Source of the DNA: a bacterium
GTDB taxonomy: Bacteria; SAR324; XYD2-FULL-50-16; G965216635
Length of the DNA stretch: 64,000 nt
Reading direction: 5' to 3'
Assembly: GCA_965216635.1 (NCBI GenBank)
Contig: OZ244188.1
Coordinates: 448,001 to 512,000 of the forward strand
The notes beneath the pieces are model-generated. The model was given only the letters and a program-made list of their open reading frames with translations, was not told the DNA's origin and searched no databases. Positions 61,192 to 64,000 of the stretch are shown in pieces; within the stretch, counting starts at the first letter, position 1; every line of letters begins with the position of its first letter. The position numbers were made by a program, and so were the translations under genes.

Positions 61192-62106
61192 ATGAAAAGA
61201 GAACTCTGGGCTTTTGGAGGAGGAAAAGGGGGTGTAGGTAAAAGTATTGTTAGTGCTAACGTGGCTCTTTCACTCGCTCAAAAAAATTCTACTGTAGTAG
61301 TAGTTGATGCAGATTTAGGAGCTGCTAATATGCACACTTGTCTTGGAATGGAAACTCCTGCCCTAAGTATTATAGATTTTTTATCAGAAAAGGTTCCTTC
61401 TTTGAATGATTGTATTACACCCACCCCTTACTCCAATCTTTATTTGGTTAGTGGAGCACAAGATTCTTTAGATATGGCTAATCCAAGCTACAGTCAAATT
61501 ACAAAATTACTTCAAGGTATCCATCAACTAGAAGCAGATTATATTATTTTAGATTTAGGTGGTGGCACAAATCATCAAATTATTGATATGTTCAATCAAG
61601 CAGATAGAGGAGTTTTGGTTGCCCTACCCGAACCTACTTCTATTGAAAATACCTACCGCTTTATTAAACACGCTATTTATAGAAAATTTAAAAAAGTTAT
61701 AGAACATCCAGGTGTCCGTTCCTATTTGCAAACCATTACTTTAAACAAAGAATCTTCTCAGCAAATAAGTCCGGCACAACTCGTCCAAAAAATAGCACTT
61801 ATAAATTCAGAAGCTGGAGCGGTTTTAGATAGAGAAATTAATTCTTTGCAACTGATACTAGTATTGAATCAAGTAATTAGCAATAGAGATATCCGTTTAG
61901 GATTTATTATGAAAGATTCTTGTCAAAAATATTTTGGAGTAACTATCCGTTATGCCGGTGCTATTGATAGTGATAAAGCAGTGTTGCTTTCTTCTAGGGA
62001 AAGAAAGCCCATCCTGCTTTACAACCCTTTTGCTTCTTCTTCTCGTGGAATTCGCCAAATTACTGATAATATTCTCAATGGAGAACAGTTATTATCCCAA
62101 ATTTAA
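61192..62106 (+). CDS. MinD/FlhG-family P-loop ATPase
   Basis: GGKGGVGKS, VDADLGAAN, ILDLGGG, PEPTSIEN. Confidence 0.85.
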   Translation: MKRELWAFGGGKGGVGKSIVSANVALSLAQKNSTVVVVDADLGAANMHTCLGMETPALSIIDFLSEKVPSLNDCITPTPYSNLYLVSGAQDSLDMANPSYSQITKLLQGIHQLEADYIILDLGGGTNHQIIDMFNQADRGVLVALPEPTSIENTYRFIKHAIYRKFKKVIEHPGVRSYLQTITLNKESSQQISPAQLVQKIALINSEAGAVLDREINSLQLILVLNQVISNRDIRLGFIMKDSCQKYFGVTIRYAGAIDSDKAVLLSSRERKPILLYNPFASSSRGIRQITDNILNGEQLLSQI

Positions 62107-62151
62107 GTGAATCCTATTGCAATTATTGACAAGTCTGCTATAAGTTTACTT

Positions 62152-62660
62152 GAGACCTTTGAACTAGCGTTCTGTTTAGCCTATGAAGATGCTCAAGTTT
62201 TTTATTTCTCAAAATACTACAGTAGACTTTTGAATTTGCCAAATAGGACAAAACTAGCTGTTTAGCCAAAACAAGCTTATCGCTTGAAACTATTTATGGG
62301 CTATAGAAAAAGTGCCTTTTGGCACTTTTTCATTTCTTTTTTGGAGTATGCAAGGTTTGTAGTGTTTTTTGCTACGGCATTAAAAAAAATTTTTAACTCT
62401 TGAAATACTTACACATTCCAGCGAGCTAAAATTTTTTTTTGCACTTGTTCTAACCATTTGGCTAGCCGTCACAGCAGCGAAATTCAAAGGTCTATATAAG
62501 AATAAAAAACAGATCTAGCCTTCGTAGTGCAAAACATATTAAACTGTGCGGACAGCACAATTAGACTTGTGAAACCTCCACTGGAGGTTTCACTATAGCC
62601 TGTCTATGACTACACAGCAAAAAGAAGTACTGCCGACACATAACACTAATTCAAAAATCT
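62152..62660. mobile_element. Triply nested MITE complex
   Basis: Outer element GAGACCTTTGAA...TTCAAAAATCT; full family A copy 62223-62494 inside it; hairpin elements at about 62276-62376 and 62523-62626. Confidence 0.8.
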
Positions 62661-62706
62661 TTATTTATTTCCAAACTTTTCTTGCTGTCTTGAATGAAAT
62701 AGTAAA

Positions 62707-63213
62707 ATGACGAAAATACTACAAATCCTATTTTATCCCGATTCCATACTTTTACAAAAATCAGAAAAAATAATTCATTTTGATAAAAAACTAAAAGAAC
62801 TTTCTCAAAATATGCTCAAAACAGTGGAACATTATGAAGGTATAGGTTTAGCAGCGCCTCAAGTAGGAATTTTGAAAAGGATTTTTGTGATGAGATTAGA
62901 AGATGAAGTAACAAAAGAAATTCAAATCCATATTTGTATCAATCCTGAGATAGAGGACACAGAAGGGGAAATCATTTTTGAGGAAGCTTGTTTGTCTATC
63001 CCCACTGTGCGAGAAAAAGTAACTAGAAAAGAAAAACTAAATCTTAATTACCAAGACCTTGAAGGAAATCAAAAAAAACTTAAAGCTGAAAAACTGAAAG
63101 CGGTTTGTATTCAACACGAAATAGATCATTTGGATGGTGTTTTATTTATTCATAGGATCAGTCCCTTAAAAAGAAAGCTTCTATTGAGTAAATATAAAAA
63201 AGCAAAAAAATAA
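62707..63213 (+). CDS. def: Peptide deformylase
   Basis: GIGLAAPQVG, EACLS, QHEIDHLDG. Confidence 0.96.
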   Translation: MTKILQILFYPDSILLQKSEKIIHFDKKLKELSQNMLKTVEHYEGIGLAAPQVGILKRIFVMRLEDEVTKEIQIHICINPEIEDTEGEIIFEEACLSIPTVREKVTRKEKLNLNYQDLEGNQKKLKAEKLKAVCIQHEIDHLDGVLFIHRISPLKRKLLLSKYKKAKK

Positions 63214-63362
63214 GAGATTTTTGAATTAGATATTTTAGTTCGGTAAAACAGGCTTGTTGCTAGATGTAGATTATAGAGTGTTTTGTAAGACGATATTCCT
63301 CTTGGGTAAAAAATTTTTGCGCCTTGTCTAGACTTCCTATAATGCTAAAGCTTAACAATCTC
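63214..63362. mobile_element. MITE family B
   Basis: GAGATTTTTGAATTAGATATTTTAGTTCGG...AATGCTAAAGCTTAACAATCTC. Confidence 0.78.
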
Positions 63363-63369
63363 AATAAAA

Positions 63370-63552
63370 TAGACTTTTGAATTTGCATTCTGTTTAGCCT
63401 ATGCAGCGTTGAAAAATTTTTTTAACTCTTGCCATTTGTGAAGAAATACTCTTCAGTATTCCTACGAGCTAAAAAAATTTTTCGCACCTGTTCTAACCAT
63501 TTGGCTAGCCGTCACAGCTGTTTTTGTCCTATTTGGCAAATTCAAAGGTCTA
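63370..63552. mobile_element. MITE family A, full 183-bp copy
   Basis: TAGACTTTTGAATTTGC...GCAAATTCAAAGGTCTA. Confidence 0.88.
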
Positions 63553-63559
63553 TAAAATT

Positions 63560-64000
63560 ATGTCTGCAATCATTTTTAAAAAAGTAATAAAAAATTTTGA
63601 GTCAAACAAGGCTCTCTTTGAAACAGATTTTCAAATCAAAGAACGAGAATTTACGGTTTTTGTGGGACCTAGTGGGTGTGGAAAAACAACCATTTTAAGA
63701 TTGATTGCAGGGTTAGAAAATGTCACTAGTGGAGAAATTTTTATTCGGGATAAAAATGTTACTTGGGAAGCTCCAAAAAATAGAAATGTAGCTATGGTTT
63801 TTCAAAGCTATGCTCTCTACCCTCATATGAGCGTTTATGAAAACCTATGCTATCCTTTAGATATTCTAAAGTTGCCCACCAAAAAAAAAAAAGAAATCAT
63901 CAACCATACTGCCAAAAAATTAGAAATAACTGATCTTTTAGACAGAAAACCCAGCCAACTTTCAGGAGGACAAAAACAAAGGGTAGCTATAGGTAGAGCG
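63560..64000 (+). CDS. Sugar ABC transporter ATP-binding protein, MalK/UgpC-like; 3'-truncated by the window
   Basis: VGPSGCGKTT, MVFQSYALYPHM, LSGGQKQRVAIGRA. Confidence 0.92.
   Translation, partial: MSAIIFKKVIKNFESNKALFETDFQIKEREFTVFVGPSGCGKTTILRLIAGLENVTSGEIFIRDKNVTWEAPKNRNVAMVFQSYALYPHMSVYENLCYPLDILKLPTKKKKEIINHTAKKLEITDLLDRKPSQLSGGQKQRVAIGRA

Noticed and set aside
10533..63552. Palindromic repeats as integron attC sites
   Set aside because: No GTTRRRY/RYYYAAC ends, they flank core genes in both orientations, and there is no integrase
1..64000. tRNA or rRNA genes
   Set aside because: No cloverleaf or T-loop signature or rRNA-like stretch recognised by eye; tRNAscan-SE would be decisive

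Overview
AT-rich chromosomal segment of a Gram-negative bacterium; some genes look deltaproteobacterial or SAR324-like, but the taxonomy cannot be verified here. The first ~11 kb is a defence island: type III restriction-modification, a Sir2-HerA pair, a Fic protein and hicB with a broken hicA. Its modules are separated by three copies of the fic 3' end. A MunI-like type II R-M pair sits between priA and eno. The rest is mostly core genes (eno, rsmA-era, hisHF, uppS-cdsA-dxr-rseP, gltX, leuB, the str/S10/spc/alpha cluster, scpB, proB, tmk, kdsD, rnhB, def). The ribosomal cluster lacks rplC, rpmD and rpsD at their usual positions. The most striking unexplained structure is a dense population (about 25 copies or remnants) of modular, palindromic, ERIC/RPE-like MITEs. 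They occupy many intergenic gaps, including seven inside the ribosomal cluster, nest inside one another and supply gene ends. They also host a second ~110-125 bp two-hairpin element with compensatory stem changes, seen only inside the MITEs. Short in-frame tandem duplications are common. No transposase, integrase, tRNA, rRNA or CRISPR array was recognised.
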